Assembly (NCBI GenBank): GCA_028023455.1
Contig: JAQFVV010000005.1
Coordinates: forward strand, 13,826,001 to 13,890,000
Direction of reading: 5' to 3'
Length of the DNA stretch: 64,000 bases
From: Epiperipatus broadwayi
Lineage: Eukaryota; Animalia; Onychophora
Made by a program: the position numbers and the translations under genes
Shown here: piece after piece, positions 1 to 13,826 of the stretch
Numbering within the stretch: the stretch's first letter is position 1
Layout of the letters: each line of letters begins with the position of its first letter
Notes under the pieces: generated by a model
What the model was told of the DNA's origin: nothing
Database searches by the model: none
The model's input: the letters and a program-made list of their open reading frames with translations, nothing else

Positions 1-2520
1 TGTATGTTCACAAAAAAGCATGCAGCAACTTCCACAAGTATAATCACTAATACATTTATCTGAAATGCATGGTGTTCAAGGTATGAGTCCAGAAATGTTA
101 ACAATTATGAATTAAAGTGTAATAATTTAGTATTGATGAATAAATGATGAAGATATGTGTTAGAGATTGTGACTTGGATAAAATGAAAAGTGCTGGCACA
201 GCATGAAATATATCTTGAGAGCCATTTGACTTTTTTCAGATCTTTTTATTCATATGATTCGAGTCTGTTTGATGGTGTGGTGTTTAAATATATTTAAAAA
301 AAATATTAACCATGAAATAGAGATGAAATTGAATTATTCCATGTGTTATTCTTATTAAAAACAATTATAGTAATCATTAAATAAGATTTAAAGTTTATAT
401 CAGGTTCAAGGATAATCTCTAGTTTAATAATGATTACTAATAATCTTTAATGTACTTATCTGAAGTAGTTAATGTCAAAATTGTGAGTGCAGAAAATTTG
501 ATACTTGTAAATCAAAGCAAATAATTTTCTATTAATAAATATTGAATAAATGATGAAAATGTGTACAAGATTGTGACCTCAGCCAAATAAACACCTTTAA
601 ATGACTTATTGCAGGAGAAAAATCTCTGCAGATTCACAAAAAAATCTAAAATAGAAAACAATAGTCAGCAGTCAATTGCTGCATTGAATAATTTTGTTTC
701 TCAATTCACTCTTTTATGAATAATATGTAAATACTCATTTGCCAATCAATCACTGAATGGTTATCCTGGACTGTTTGTGAGAAAATCCTGACTACCTAAA
801 ACTTTCCAAGTTTTTCCAGAATTCTAACTTTAGTTGTGATTATAATAAGTAAGTCAGCTAACTATTACACGACATGTATATATTATGTTATATGTATATT
901 TATCATATTTGAAAAAAGTTATAATTTGTTTTATTTAAGTTACAGTCTATCACTGAATAGTAGATAGCAATACTAACCAAATCCCAAAACAATTTCTTGC
1001 TACTTCTTTTGATCTGTTATGCTCAGTTTTGTATATACTCTCTCTAAATTTAATACATTAGATGTATAGCAACAAAATATCACGACTTTTATACACATGT
1101 AGCTACTATCTTTAACTCCTTATAATAATATATTATCCATTTACTACTCATGTTTATGGTAGATGGTTTGAAAATTGAGTGAAAAAAATTAAATCTTGAC
1201 ATTATTATGTATATATTCTAAATTCTTTACTTACACATCTTTTATAATAACATACCATCTAGAATCCATCAATTACTCATGCTTACAATACATATTTGGG
1301 AGTTGAGTGAAAAGAAAGGTCTGAGAAAACAGTAAAATAAATAAGATGTACGGAAATATAACAAGCATATATCTATTAATAGGATTATTTTAAACAAATC
1401 TTAATCTCACTTATCATTTATGCAATAATACTAGTTTATTCACCGAATAAATGTTATATTTAGATATACGCCATTGACAAGACATGAAGAAATAAAAACA
1501 TTTTTTTAAAAACTGTTGCTAAGACAAAATTATCAAGAAAAAATGCACTAAAATCTGTTAAATTATTTACATAAAATGTAATATGCTGATATGTAGATAT
1601 TCGATTATACTTAAGTGCTTAAAGTTCAAAGATAGATAATTACTGCCAGTTAGAAATGATGTATAGGTGAGTAAAAATAGTTCAGCAGCATGAGAATTCA
1701 TAAGATGAAATTAGAAAGATTGGTAATAACAGTTATTAATATGAAGCATTCTATGAGTTCGATTCTATTTTAATGAGACAATGGTGTCTTCAGTTATACT
1801 ATTTCAAATGAAATTTGAAAATTGTTGAGGAAATCCATGCCCTTAGATAGCAGTGTTAGTCTGGATATTTTTTTTTGATAGGTGACAATAAATTTGCATC
1901 ATATTCATCTAGAGAAAGTGATTTATCTTATTGGACACTTATCTCACTAACCTAAAGCACCCCCTCCCATCTGTTCTAGTTCCATCTATTGTAAGATAGC
2001 ATAATATGCTGTTATTAAATGACAATCCAATTAATCCATATCATCATATGAATTTCTAACATATCTTTCTCAGTGAAGTTATGGAATTCAAAGGTAGAAT
2101 AAATGCTGGCACCAATGATATGGATAAAAGTCTGAAACTCTTCTGGTAATGGTAATTACTGACAACTCAATCTAACAATAGTTGATGCTAGAATAGAAAT
2201 ATTCTTATCAATATAATGTGTGCTGATAATAAAGTGATATATTGGTATTAGATTAAAGCTGATGTAACTATATAGACAAGTTGACTTTGGTTTAAAATCT
2301 TAGGGTTATCAATTTTTTAAATCATTAACATGAACAGCAGGATAAAAATCAAAGAGAGAGGAATATAGTGCAAATCAGTGACTTCTACAAGAGAACCAAT
2401 TAGCTAGAAATCAGCTTCAAGAATCTGATGTCTGCTGTTTTGAGTCTCACTGATCTTCATAAGTTTTAATAAAAAGAATTATAATAAAATGTAAAAAATT
2501 TACATATTTTTTTATTACAG

Positions 2521-2734
2521 AAGAGTGAAAAAGAATAATGATAACTTCTCAATATTTTTCGAACATGAAAAGCAGGCCGGTCATGTGTTCAAACCCTGCA
2601 ATCCCAAAATAGTATGCTCTGAAGCCAACAATTGTAAAAGAAAGATCAAGGAGGCGTATTTTATTATCAATGATAACAATGCGATCAATAGACGTGACAT
2701 GTGTTTTGCTATTTCAAGAAAATGGACAAATTAA
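2521..2734 (+). CDS. possible terminal coding exon of an unidentified gene
   Basis: Strong acceptor TTTTTTTATTACAG ends at 2520. One frame stays open to TAA at 2734 and the segment has more CpG than its flanks. No recognisable domain. Confidence 0.25.
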
Positions 2735-2987
2735 TTTACATATGCATACATTATTATTTAGTAATATTACAGCAATGGTTTATAATCTATTTTGGCCATG
2801 AATATGAGGGAAAACCTCGAAAGTACTAGATCTAGATTAATATTAATTTGTTTTTGTTACTACTGACAGCTTCTTCTTCAGCATGTTAAAGCGCTTATAT
2901 ATACTGTACATATATGTTCTCATTCCCACACACATATATTCTTTAATTTAAAAAAAATTCTTTTATATAGAGATTTATGTGTGCATG

Positions 2988-3010
2988 TATTATTATTATT
3001 ATTATTATTA
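2988..3010. repeat. (TAT)n microsatellite
   Basis: About 7.5 perfect TAT units read directly. Confidence 0.9.
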
Positions 3011-6000
3011 TATAGTTTATAGATGATAAATTAATAAGCAGTTGTAGAGAGAGGCAGTCAGCAGCAGTTTTTCATCTGATTCTTATAATCTTGGAATGAA
3101 CTTTTTTTTTTCTTGAAAAAAATTAAAGAAAGAGAAAATGTAAGACTTTTTCTTTTAAAATCAGCATAAAAGATGTGTGCATATATAAGTAATTCACAGC
3201 AAAATTAGTCTAAAGATATGGATTTAAATGGAATCCTTTGAAAAAAGTTGTTAATATAATATATAATGGTACTTATATATATTTTGGCTGTTTGTGAAAC
3301 AATCGGGATGTTGTGCTAATTTTTTGCCATTTTCTGTTCTTTGAGACCTGACATCTATGGGTTAATTCACCAAGCTATCTGTGGACTCATATTGGAGTCT
3401 ATAATAACCAAAGAATGGCTGAATTCAAATCCAACCACAGATGCTATTTGAGAGGCTTCTTTTTTGTCTCCTGGCCTATTTGAATGGAGGGAGAAGAGGA
3501 AAGAAGAGAAGAAAAATCTATAAAGCAATGCAACCAACTTGATTAATTTATAAATCAATTTTTTTAAAAGTTTTCTTCACATTTATCTAAAAGTGTCTGC
3601 AATAACTCTTTTTAAAATGGCAGGAACAAGCAAACCAAACAGTGGAAGCTATAAATTGGGAGAACAGTCTGATATTTAAACCTGGGACATTAATAAGAAC
3701 TAAAAATGGATCGGATAAATTTAAAATTTAATTAACAAATTTTTATTTAATTATTAAAAGTAAATTTTAATTTCCACAGTCAAGCATTTTTTTTCTTTTG
3801 ATACAGAAACATTAAGAATTTACTTATTGATTGTGTTATTCTCAATACTACAAAGCATTACACATACACAGTTTAAATTCATTAAACTTAGTTTTTCATT
3901 ATTTTTGATTTTTTTTTTATTATATATATTGTGGTACTAAATGTTTTTTTTGTTATTGTTCTTTATTAATTGTGATAATTAGGCAACCTATAAATATATG
4001 CTTTATAATGTTTTTTTATTATTATTTATTTTTGCATATATTAAATTTGATATATATTTTTTTTACTTAATGTTGCAATATTTTTTTTATATATGTGATT
4101 TATGTATTGATCCATAATATAGAGGTACACATTTTAAATATATATGTTGACATATCACAGGGTGTGTGCGTGTGTGACTGCTTATTCCCATCCGTCAAAA
4201 ATAGGTTAGGCATAGTTAATTTAAATATGGCAAATTCAAGAGCAGATATATAAAATTTGTTGATTACACATATAGTATTAAGATATTTTGTTTAATTATA
4301 TATTTAATAAAGTCAATTGTATAATTAGTAAATTTGATTCATAAAAAAAAGGAAGAGTGTTAATAAATATAATTATATCATATTTGGTTTCCGAGTTATT
4401 ATTGTTAATATTGTTATATTTTTCTTCTCTTGATTCTATCATTTTTAATTGATCATCATCACTCGTAAATGTTAAGTGTGGGATATTGATTTGCATATAA
4501 GGATGTTTAAGGATTACGCTTGACATATAACCAAATTTTTTAACAATTAGAGGTTAATAATAAAAAACTAAAATTATGTTGTGCCCAGTATGATCACCAT
4601 CATCACTGAATAAATAATAATCATTAAATCTAATCTTAAAATAATTAATGTTTAGTAAATAGGGGTCTATAAAAAGTTGAATATCATGTGGTGAGATTCG
4701 TGATGATCATTCATCATCACTGGTCAATGTTGATAATTGAGCAAGAATTTTACCTATAATAGTATTTGAAGTAAATATAACCATAAACGTATATAAATGC
4801 TAGTATTATAATTAAACCCCAGTTTAACATAAGGTGATTTTATGAAAGTACCTTATATGCTTATAAAGATAGATTTGTTGTTTTGAGTTCATTATAAAAG
4901 CTGTGGATGGGATCATCATCATCATTATCATCATTATATTATGATAAATAATTAAATTAAGTAACTAAGTTTAATTGCCACATAACTAAGTAATGGTCTT
5001 TAATATGTGTTTGGAAGCCATTAGTAAGAGTATACTTGCATCTGTACGTCAATATACATTAACTGAGCTAGTAATATCTATAAGAGTGTTGGATATATAA
5101 ATTTTATGGTATTGGGATCTTATAATTTTATTGACATGGATAAAATATAAGACTGTCATTTTTTTGTTGTTTGTTAGTCATCTAAGCCATGTGTGGTAAA
5201 AATGTACTGAATGGGTTTGAACTCAGTACACTATGGACAGATATTTATCTAGGTTTAAAATAATCTAGTGGTGCCCGTGGAAAACACATGTACTTAGCTA
5301 AGCTGAATAAAAGTGATCAAGTCCCTTTTCCAACTTGATAGTATTAACTTTATATATTTTTTATAAGTTATTATAAATAGTGCCAGTTGAACCTATTATT
5401 AACCTTGGAATTCATTCAGTTTTTTTTTAATGAAATACCAAAAGATAGAACATAGGAAGTTAGAAGTTGAATGGATGGCCATGTTTCTTAATCTTCTCAT
5501 AATGTAAATGTTTACAAGTTAAGAGGTGTGGATTATTCTCAATCTTTCCATGGTTACAACTTAAAGCAATGGCTATGAATATCATCTCAACTGTTGGGTA
5601 AACTTCTGAATAGAAGTAGATTTGATAACTTTTATTAAATTGCCTTTCAAAAGACCTTTGTTCTTTTCAAATTCTATCTTCTTTAAAAGCAAAAAGATCA
5701 CAATCTTTAAAACAGACTTTTTCCTAATCCTAACACTTTCCAAATTCCTCTTATAAACTCTCATAAAATTTAAAGTCACATGGAATATGATCACATAATA
5801 TAATGTTTTAGGATAATCTACCAGCATGTTCTTGAGGATAACTTACAGGCTAAAAATGTCTCTCCTATCAACTCCTTGAGGGCAAGAAAAATGTATCCGA
5901 ATAATGCTTATCTGTTTTTTCATATTTTTATGTTGTTAGTGATTCTGCATTTTAAAAGAATGACCAGATTGATATTTAGATATTTGATTGTAACACCAGA

Positions 6001-7845
6001 TTCTTGTTTCAAGAGAATATCTTTATAGTTGGTATGATATGGATTACTTACTATGAGACTAGCCAAAATATTGATATTTAAAAATATTTAATTCCAAACT
6101 GTATAAAAAAAATCTGCAATTATTTGACGAAATACTTCAACATGATAAATAAATTATATAGATCAAAGCTCAAACAGAATATCTATCAAGCAATCAATAT
6201 CCATCACAGTTAGGATTTTGAATCACATAATACATCAACAGATTAAACAATGAAGACTTAGATCAGTCCCTGATGAGAGATTGGCTGTTTCATAAAACTG
6301 CCTTGATAACAAAAAACTGTCTTCAATCACTAAAGACATCAAAAAAAAAAAAAAGAGGTAAAAAATGACTCATGATAGTCATGAATATCAGGAGTTGATT
6401 CAAAGAGATTTTGCATTATGCTAGCTACTGACCCCAAAAACGAAAGGTATTTCTCAGTATTATATTATGCCCCCTCCCCTCAAATAATGTGGAGCAATTA
6501 AATATTAGATAAAATTTAATGGAATAAATATATTTCAAGTAATTCACAAAAAGATTCTTGGTATTATAAAATACTGCAAAGAAAATTTACTATGGTGCAG
6601 ATACTTTCTTCGATAGATTAAAATTAATCTGTCTCTCAATCATTTAATTCAAACTTAAATTCTACCTCTCTTATGAATGAATCTAATTTTAAATCATGTG
6701 ATAAAAATTACAAAAGAAGAGAGATGCAATATCAGTTATTATAGAATCAATCATTACACAAGTTTTAATACTGAAATAATTAAAGTTCTGAAATTTGATG
6801 CTGTTGCACAGGTAAAGTTTATTTTATTCTTATTAAACATTATGACAAACTGAATTTTGTTAATAGTTTATTTTTTATATGTATTTTTTAAAATTAAACA
6901 TATTTTCATTATTTAATACCTAGATCAGCAAACATTTTAATGATTTTAATTATGCTGAGTTTCAATAATTTTGTAAGTTGTATGCCAAATTGTCTGCCAA
7001 AATGTTAATACTTAATTACTGTCACAGGTTAATTGACATTGTCTTTATTTATTCTAGTATTTTAATTTTAGATATATTATGAGCTTGAATGAATGCTTCA
7101 TGATTAAATTAATTACATTACAATATTCATAAAACAATTAGTCATACTATAGCTGAGACACATTCTATAGATCTTGAGCACCAGACTCCACCATTCTAAT
7201 GTGCATGAATGCATGTAGAGCAATAATAATAATTAATACATTAATTTAAAATGGATGATGGCAAAGATGTGAGTGCAAACTTTTAGATCAAATTGTAGTA
7301 CTATTTTCAAAGTTACGAAAGTCTTTTGTTGATCATCAACTATTATTTTGTAATTACATGATCCCAGAATAATTAGATAAAGTTTTTTTGGCATAATATT
7401 GAGAAATAGATAATTTTTACACACATTAAGCAACATGCCAGCTGAAAAGAAAAGTTCAGAGGAAAAGTTCCAATTTTGATTTTAATATGTTTTCATTAAA
7501 TTATGAAGTCTATTTTGATCAATCTTAACTAAAACATTTACTTTGTAGTTTTCTCTTTTAAATTAATTATTCCTCCTGTTTTTGAAAGGTCACATAAGTT
7601 AATCTTCAAAACTGTATATGTAAATTATTTTTCAAAAACAAAAATTTAGTTAAATATAATTTAATCCTGATTATACCTATTTTCAAAATAATTTGTCTGT
7701 TTTAGAAACTATCAATTTTCCATTTTTTAGCACACATATTTCAATAGGATATATTATTTTTCTGGCTCGACAGAAAACAAATTTCTCTGACTGCATTAAA
7801 ATTCTGCAAACTGTGAAACATATTTATATAAAAACTTTTTTTTTT

Positions 7846-9270
7846 TCAAGAAAAATGTATAATAATCTCAATAGTATCACAATCAGTGAAATGATTTGTT
7901 TCATGATTTTCTAAAGAACTCATCTTAGTATCTTCATAATCACACAAATGACATTTAAATACATCAGTTTCAATAAAGTACTTATTGGTTGTAGATTTTA
8001 TGTCTTCCTTATTAACGTCTAATTTTAAAGAAGAATGTATATTATTTTTATGATTTATCAAAGTTTTCTGAGAGGAAGATTTTTCTGTCATAGGGTTTAC
8101 TTCAAGAGTTTTTAAATAACTTTTGACAACAAATTTGTGTTGCGAATGTTTTTGCTTTATATGAGTTTTTTCATGTTGTGTTAAATTACTTTTTGCAGCG
8201 GTTTTGTAATTACAGAAGATACAATGAAAAGGTTTATTGCCAGTGTGGGTACTTTCATGTATTTTTAATGCACTTTTCATAGCAGCTTTGTAATCACACA
8301 GGTTACATTGATATGGTTTTTTACCTGTGTGAATACTTTCATGTATTGTTAAAGATCGTTTGAGAGCAGTCTTGTAACTACAGAAATGACACTGAAATGG
8401 TTTTTGCCCTGTGTGAATGCTTTCGTGTACTTTTAAAGATTTTTTATCTGCCGCTCTGTAATCACACATGACACAGTTGAAAGGCTTTTCTCCAGAATGA
8501 GTTCTTCCATGTAATTTTAAAGAATTTTTTACAGCTGTCTTAAAATCACAAAGATTACACTGGAAAGGCTTTTCCCCTGAATGAATTCGTGCATGTTTTT
8601 TTAAAATACTGCTTGCAGCAGCTCTATAATTGCAGAAATTGCACTGGTAACGTTTGTCCCCTGTATGAGTGATTTCATGCATTTTTAAAGAACTATTTCC
8701 ACCAGTTTTGTAATCACATAAACTACATTGATAAGGTTTTTCTTCTGAATGAATTCTTTCGTGCCTTTTTAAAGTGTGATTTGCAGCAGCCTTATAATTA
8801 CAAAAACTGCATTGAAAAGGTTTTTTCCCTGTGTGTATGCTTTCATGGATTTGTAAAGTTTTTTTTTCAGCTGCTTTATAATCACAATAATTGCAATGAA
8901 AAGGTTTTTCTCCTGAATGGGTTCTTTCGTGTATTTTTACAGATTTTTTTTCAGAAGCTTTGTAATCACAATAACTACAGTGAAATGGTTTTTGTCCTAA
9001 ATGTATTCTTTCATGTGTTTTTATATATCCTTTTAAGGCAGATTTGTAGTCACAGAAACTACATTGGAAAGGTTTTTCTCCTGTGTGGGTTCTTTCATGA
9101 AGTATTAGGTGACTTTTGTGAGAAGATTTATAATCACAAGAAGGGCAATGGAAAGGTTTTTCACCTACATGATTTTTTTTATGTAATCTAAATATATTTT
9201 TTTGAGTAGTATGGAAATTACATATAGGACACATTAATTCTTTTTTTACTGCATTATCATTTCTGTCCAT
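7846..9270 (-). CDS. tandem C2H2 zinc-finger protein, 474 aa (13 linked fingers + 1 distal finger)
   Basis: Uninterrupted ORF of repeated CxxC(D/N)Y-x10-HxxxH units with TGEKPF-type linkers. ATG in AAAATG context; ends with HFTDCDTIEIIIHFS. Confidence 0.95.
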   Translation of the reverse strand: MDRNDNAVKKELMCPICNFHTTQKNIFRLHKKNHVGEKPFHCPSCDYKSSHKSHLILHERTHTGEKPFQCSFCDYKSALKGYIKTHERIHLGQKPFHCSYCDYKASEKKSVKIHERTHSGEKPFHCNYCDYKAAEKKTLQIHESIHTGKKPFQCSFCNYKAAANHTLKRHERIHSEEKPYQCSLCDYKTGGNSSLKMHEITHTGDKRYQCNFCNYRAAASSILKKHARIHSGEKPFQCNLCDFKTAVKNSLKLHGRTHSGEKPFNCVMCDYRAADKKSLKVHESIHTGQKPFQCHFCSYKTALKRSLTIHESIHTGKKPYQCNLCDYKAAMKSALKIHESTHTGNKPFHCIFCNYKTAAKSNLTQHEKTHIKQKHSQHKFVVKSYLKTLEVNPMTEKSSSQKTLINHKNNIHSSLKLDVNKEDIKSTTNKYFIETDVFKCHLCDYEDTKMSSLENHETNHFTDCDTIEIIIHFS

Positions 9271-9564
9271 TTTAATATATATTTATGTGTAGATAAATAT
9301 TTACATTAAAAAGCATTTTTTATCTTATTTCTAGATAATACAGTCTTTGAAGTTTACTGAATATGATGAACAGAAATAGTTTTATTAATAAGCATAATGC
9401 AGAGTATGATTAATGATGTGATATGGGAACATTTCCAAAGTAAATGAATGAACTTATATAACAGTGACTTTGGATATGGATTTATTTAATTAATAAATCA
9501 TAATGATCCATTATACTTGAAATCTTTTAAAACTGGGCATCTTCAGATGTGAATTATTTGGAAT

Positions 9565-9581
9565 CTAAAACAAAAAAAAAT
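9565..9581 (-). promoter_or_regulatory. splice acceptor upstream of the ZF coding exon
   Basis: Minus-strand TTTTTTTTTGTTTTAG|ATTCC; conserved in the paralogue as TTGTTGTTGTTTTAG|ATTGC (AG at 14087-14086). Confidence 0.55.
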
Positions 9582-12149
9582 TCACATTAACAATATTATG
9601 TGTGCATGTTCAGTTTTCTGCCCAGGCAGGTTATGATGTCCAGGCAGTAGAATTGTATGATGAAATAATGATACTTAATAGGCTGCCATCCCCTTAGTAA
9701 AATTTATTTGATCATATTTAATAGCTAAATAATAAAAATCTAATGAGCTCTGATATTAAACCCATATTATAAAAAAATGATGGACTTTATAATACTCCCA
9801 GAAATCATAAAAATATGGTTTCTATAAATGCATGACAGAATCAATAAAACTATTATAGACAAAATAGTACAATAACAGAGAAGACCTCTCCATTGCTACC
9901 TATATAACTAGATGACCCAACAATTGGGTAGGCATCTGAATTAGTTATGGAAAATAATTACGAAATAAAAGTACTAACCTTTCTTTAAAAATGATAACTG
10001 AAAAAAAAAGAATATGCTAATCACTATGTAATAATGCTGTAATAAAAAAACTATGTAATGACCAATGAATTTTATTAGCTCAGTGTGCATATGACACACA
10101 TTACAACAGTTAAATTACAAATGCTTTTTATATTCATTTAAAGACATAAAAAGGGAAAAACTGAATTCTGGGTAAAACATCTTTCATTAAGCAACTATTT
10201 CATATCTTCAACTAAATTACATTTCTATTTAAGTATAAAATGTAATTCAATAATAAAATAATATGTGGAAGAGGCTTTAGAGACAGAATATGTCACAACA
10301 AATTAAGATGAGTTGAACAAAACAAGAGGAAGACTTCTCATATTAGTAATATATTTTTCACATCATGTATCACAGAAAGCAAATTCATATGATAACTTTT
10401 CTTTTAGGTATAGAACTCTATAATGATAATAAAGTTTATGAGAGAAAAATATCAGTTTCATAAGCATGGATGAAAAAATGTTAGCTTTGCCCAAATTTAA
10501 GAGATCATGTTGTTACTTTATTCATTAATGAAATAGTGTCCAATACTGATGAATTGTTCAAATTTTTCACAATTGTCAATCTTGAAGGTGATGATTGCTT
10601 CAGTAAAAATGGGGCAACAAAATCTGATGAACTTGGTAGAAAATAATTAACATTAAAAAAACTTTAGCTAAAAAGAGTAGGTGAAATGCCGAAGTCAACT
10701 TAAATCTCAACAAAGAACTGCCATTTCTAAAATACTGTTTTTTTATGTTAATGTTACAAAACTAGTATAAACAATAAATAACATGAAGTATATCATATTG
10801 TTAAACAAATCTCATTGTTTACATACACATTTCCCAGTGCATTTCCTCAAGTAGATGGCAAATAATGCTGAAGAATGATCAAAATTAATCATGTGACTGT
10901 TATATAATAAACTTAACCTGCGGTAGAATGGTAAAACAAATGCATATCACTGCATTGTTATGATTTGAGTCAGGTTTTCCTCAGTTTACACAGACAGCCT
11001 AAAAATGAGCAGTACTTTTTAAAACAGAGTTCATCCTTAACAATGCCACTTTCCAGACAATGTTATTATCTTCCAAGATGATAATGCCCTCAATCATTCA
11101 ATCTACTGTCAAACAATAGTTTGATTAACATTATAATGTTAATATATCTCTCATACTTCCCACTATCCTCATGGTTCATTCTTGATGAATTTATAAAAAA
11201 TCAATATTTTCCTCTAATCTCTCATAAAATTTGAAGTTTTCAACAATAAGAAAATAGGTAATTATTCCTCTGAAAATTGTTGAAGTGTTATATAATTATA
11301 ACCCATGCAAAATACAAGTGATTCTTGTTGTCAACAGCAGATTGGCTTAATTTGACATCAGAATATTATAATCAAATAATATTTGATCATCATCATTGGT
11401 AGTTTGCCATTGTATTAACAATTTATTCTAATATTTTAGTTTTAAAGCTATACCATAAGTTTTAATGAACTCTACATGATTAAATTACTTTACACTTTTA
11501 GTTAAATAATTAGTAAAGAATAAATACATGTACTTGTCTAAAATGGATGGTGTCAAAGATATGGTCAAAGGAAATGTCACATGCATAGATCAAATTGTAG
11601 TAATACTTTCAGAACTATGGAAGTCTTTTCTTCACTATCAGCTTTTACTACTTAGTAATTATTGTTAAAATAAGTCTAAAAAATTTTTTTCATTGTAATG
11701 AAACCACATTATTACATGGTTTTAAGCTAATTAGATGTTTTTTAACTTAACATTAAAAAAACAGATGATTTTATATTATATTTAACAAAGTTTGTTTATT
11801 GAAAAATAAACCAAAATGAAGATATTCCACATCTTTAATTTATTAATGTAAAAGAAAACACTGATATTGATTCAAAAATATTTTCATTGATTTATGAAGT
11901 CTATTTTGATCAATCTTGCACAAGTAAAATAGTCTATAGTTTGGTCTCATAAAACAATTCTTGTTTTTTTGATAGGGTACATAAATTAATCTTCCAAAAT
12001 TGAACATATACATCTTTTTTTCAGGATCAGATATATAATTAAATACAATAAATTAGACCTAACAATACATTCTATTTTAGGGATAATTTTATGTTATTCT
12101 GCCAAATTTTAAATTTCCAAATTCAGAACATTCAAGTAAAATATACAGG

Positions 12150-13826
12150 AATTTTAATATCACAATCAGTAAAGGGACTTGCTTCATGATTTTCCAGAAT
12201 ACTTTTCTCTGCATATTTGTAATCATTTAAATGACACTTAAATAATTTACAATCGGTATTAATGTTGTACTTATTTGTTGGAGATTTTATGTTTTTTTAT
12301 GAATATTTAACTTTAAAGAACAATGTATATTATTTTTATGATTACCAGTTTTTTGAGAGGAAGCAATGTATTTGCATAAACAACAATGCATTTTTTCCCT
12401 TTAGTGTGAATGCCCTCATGTGTTTTAATTTTTTTTAAAGCTGTTTTATAATTATATAAATTGCATTGGAAATTTTTTTTCTATGGACTTATCTCAGCAT
12501 ATTTTAAGCACCACTTAAGAGATTTGTCGCCATATAAAGTATGTTGGAAATTTTTTTGTTCTATATGAATTCTTCTGTGTTGTGTCAAATTATTTTTTGC
12601 AGCAGTTTGTAATTACAAAAGATTCAATGGAAAGATTATTGTCCATTATGAATGCTTTCATCTATTTTTAAAGCACTTTTTATAGTAGCTTTGTAATCAA
12701 ATAAACTACATTGAAGATGTATTATTGTACGAGTAATTTCATGCATAGTTAAAAAATATATTAAAGCAGTCTTGTAATTACAGAAATGGCATTGGAAAGG
12801 TTTTTATCCTGTATGGCTGCATTCATGTATTTTAAAAAGTATGGTTTCCATTATTTTTTTGCATTGAAAATATTTTTCTCCTCTATAAATTCTTTGATGT
12901 GTTTTTAAAGCTTGTTTTCCAGCAGCTGTATAATCACACAAAATTAGTGAAAAGAGTTTTTCTTCTGAATGAGTTTTTCCATGCAAATTTAAAAAACTTT
13001 TATAAGCCTTGTAAGCACAATATTATATTGGAAAAGTTTTTCTCCTGAATGAACTCTTTCATTTATTTTTTTTTTTAAAAAAAGTTTGCTATAGCTCTAT
13101 GATTGCAAATGCTGCATTGGTAACATTTGTTTCCTAAATGAATGATTTCATGCCTTTTAAAATAACTTTTTACAGCAGCTTTTTTCTGAATGAATTCTTC
13201 CGCGCCTTTTTAAGTGTTATTTGCAACAGCTTTGTAATCGCAGAAGCTACATTTGAAAAGTTTTTCTCCTGTATGGGCGCTTTCATGCTTTATAGTGTTT
13301 TTCAGTGAACATCAGCAATGAAAAGGTTTTCCTCCTAAATATATTCTTTCATATTTTTATAGAACATTTAACAGTCACTATAATTACAGACTGAGTGGAG
13401 TTGGGCTGGATATATTTCTAGAAGAGATGATAAGATAGACAATTGAAATCTTAAACCGGATACCAAGAGTCTGTAAAAGACCCTGAAAAAGACTACATGT
13501 GAGATGGATGGATGAAATAAGAAAGTGTGCAGGGATGATGTGGAGAAGCTAAAAATCGGAAATGGTTTGAACTTTGAGAGACCTTCATCCTGCAGTGGAT
13601 TGATAATGGTTGATGATGATGATAATTACAGAAATTGCATTGGAAATGTTTTTCATCTATGTGAGTTCTTTCATGAAGTTTTAAATGACTTTTTTGTGAT
13701 TTTCATTTGAAAGCTTTTTCTCCTAGATGATTTTTTATATGGAATTTTAACATTTTTTTGAGCAGTCTGGAAATCACAAATATGACACTTAAATATTCTT
13801 TCTTCTGTATTATCATTTTTATTCAT
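12150..13826 (-). pseudogene. C2H2 zinc-finger pseudogene, paralogue of 7846-9270
   Basis: Starts MNKNDNTEERIFKCHICDFQTAQKNV (cf. MDRNDNAVKKELMCPICNFHTTQKNI). Fingers are broken by stops and frameshifts, the 3' end reads ..FTDCDIKIPVYFT*, and an RTE fragment interrupts it. Confidence 0.9.
13391..13621 (+). mobile_element. 5'-truncated RTE-clade LINE 3' fragment with TSD
   Basis: Matches the 3' ends at ~20790-21012 and ~55825-56063 (GAGACCTTCATCCTGCAGTGGATTGATAATG..(GAT)n). ATAATTACAGA flanks it at 13380-13390 and 13622-13632. Confidence 0.95.

Noticed and set aside
5262-5285. TCTAGTGGTGCCCGTGG as a Helitron-like terminus
   Set aside because: No matching other end or second copy in the window.
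6264-6305. CTGATGA at 6270 as another hammerhead
   Set aside because: No GAAA after the putative helix II and no complementary helix I strand.
8781-9191. Plus-strand ORFs overlapping ZF genes (also 7693-7914, 35000-35191, 35140-35448)
   Set aside because: Antisense shadows of repetitive finger codons.
13525-13710. 61-aa ORF MCRDDVEKLK..
   Set aside because: Chance read-through from the RTE insert into antisense ZF sequence.
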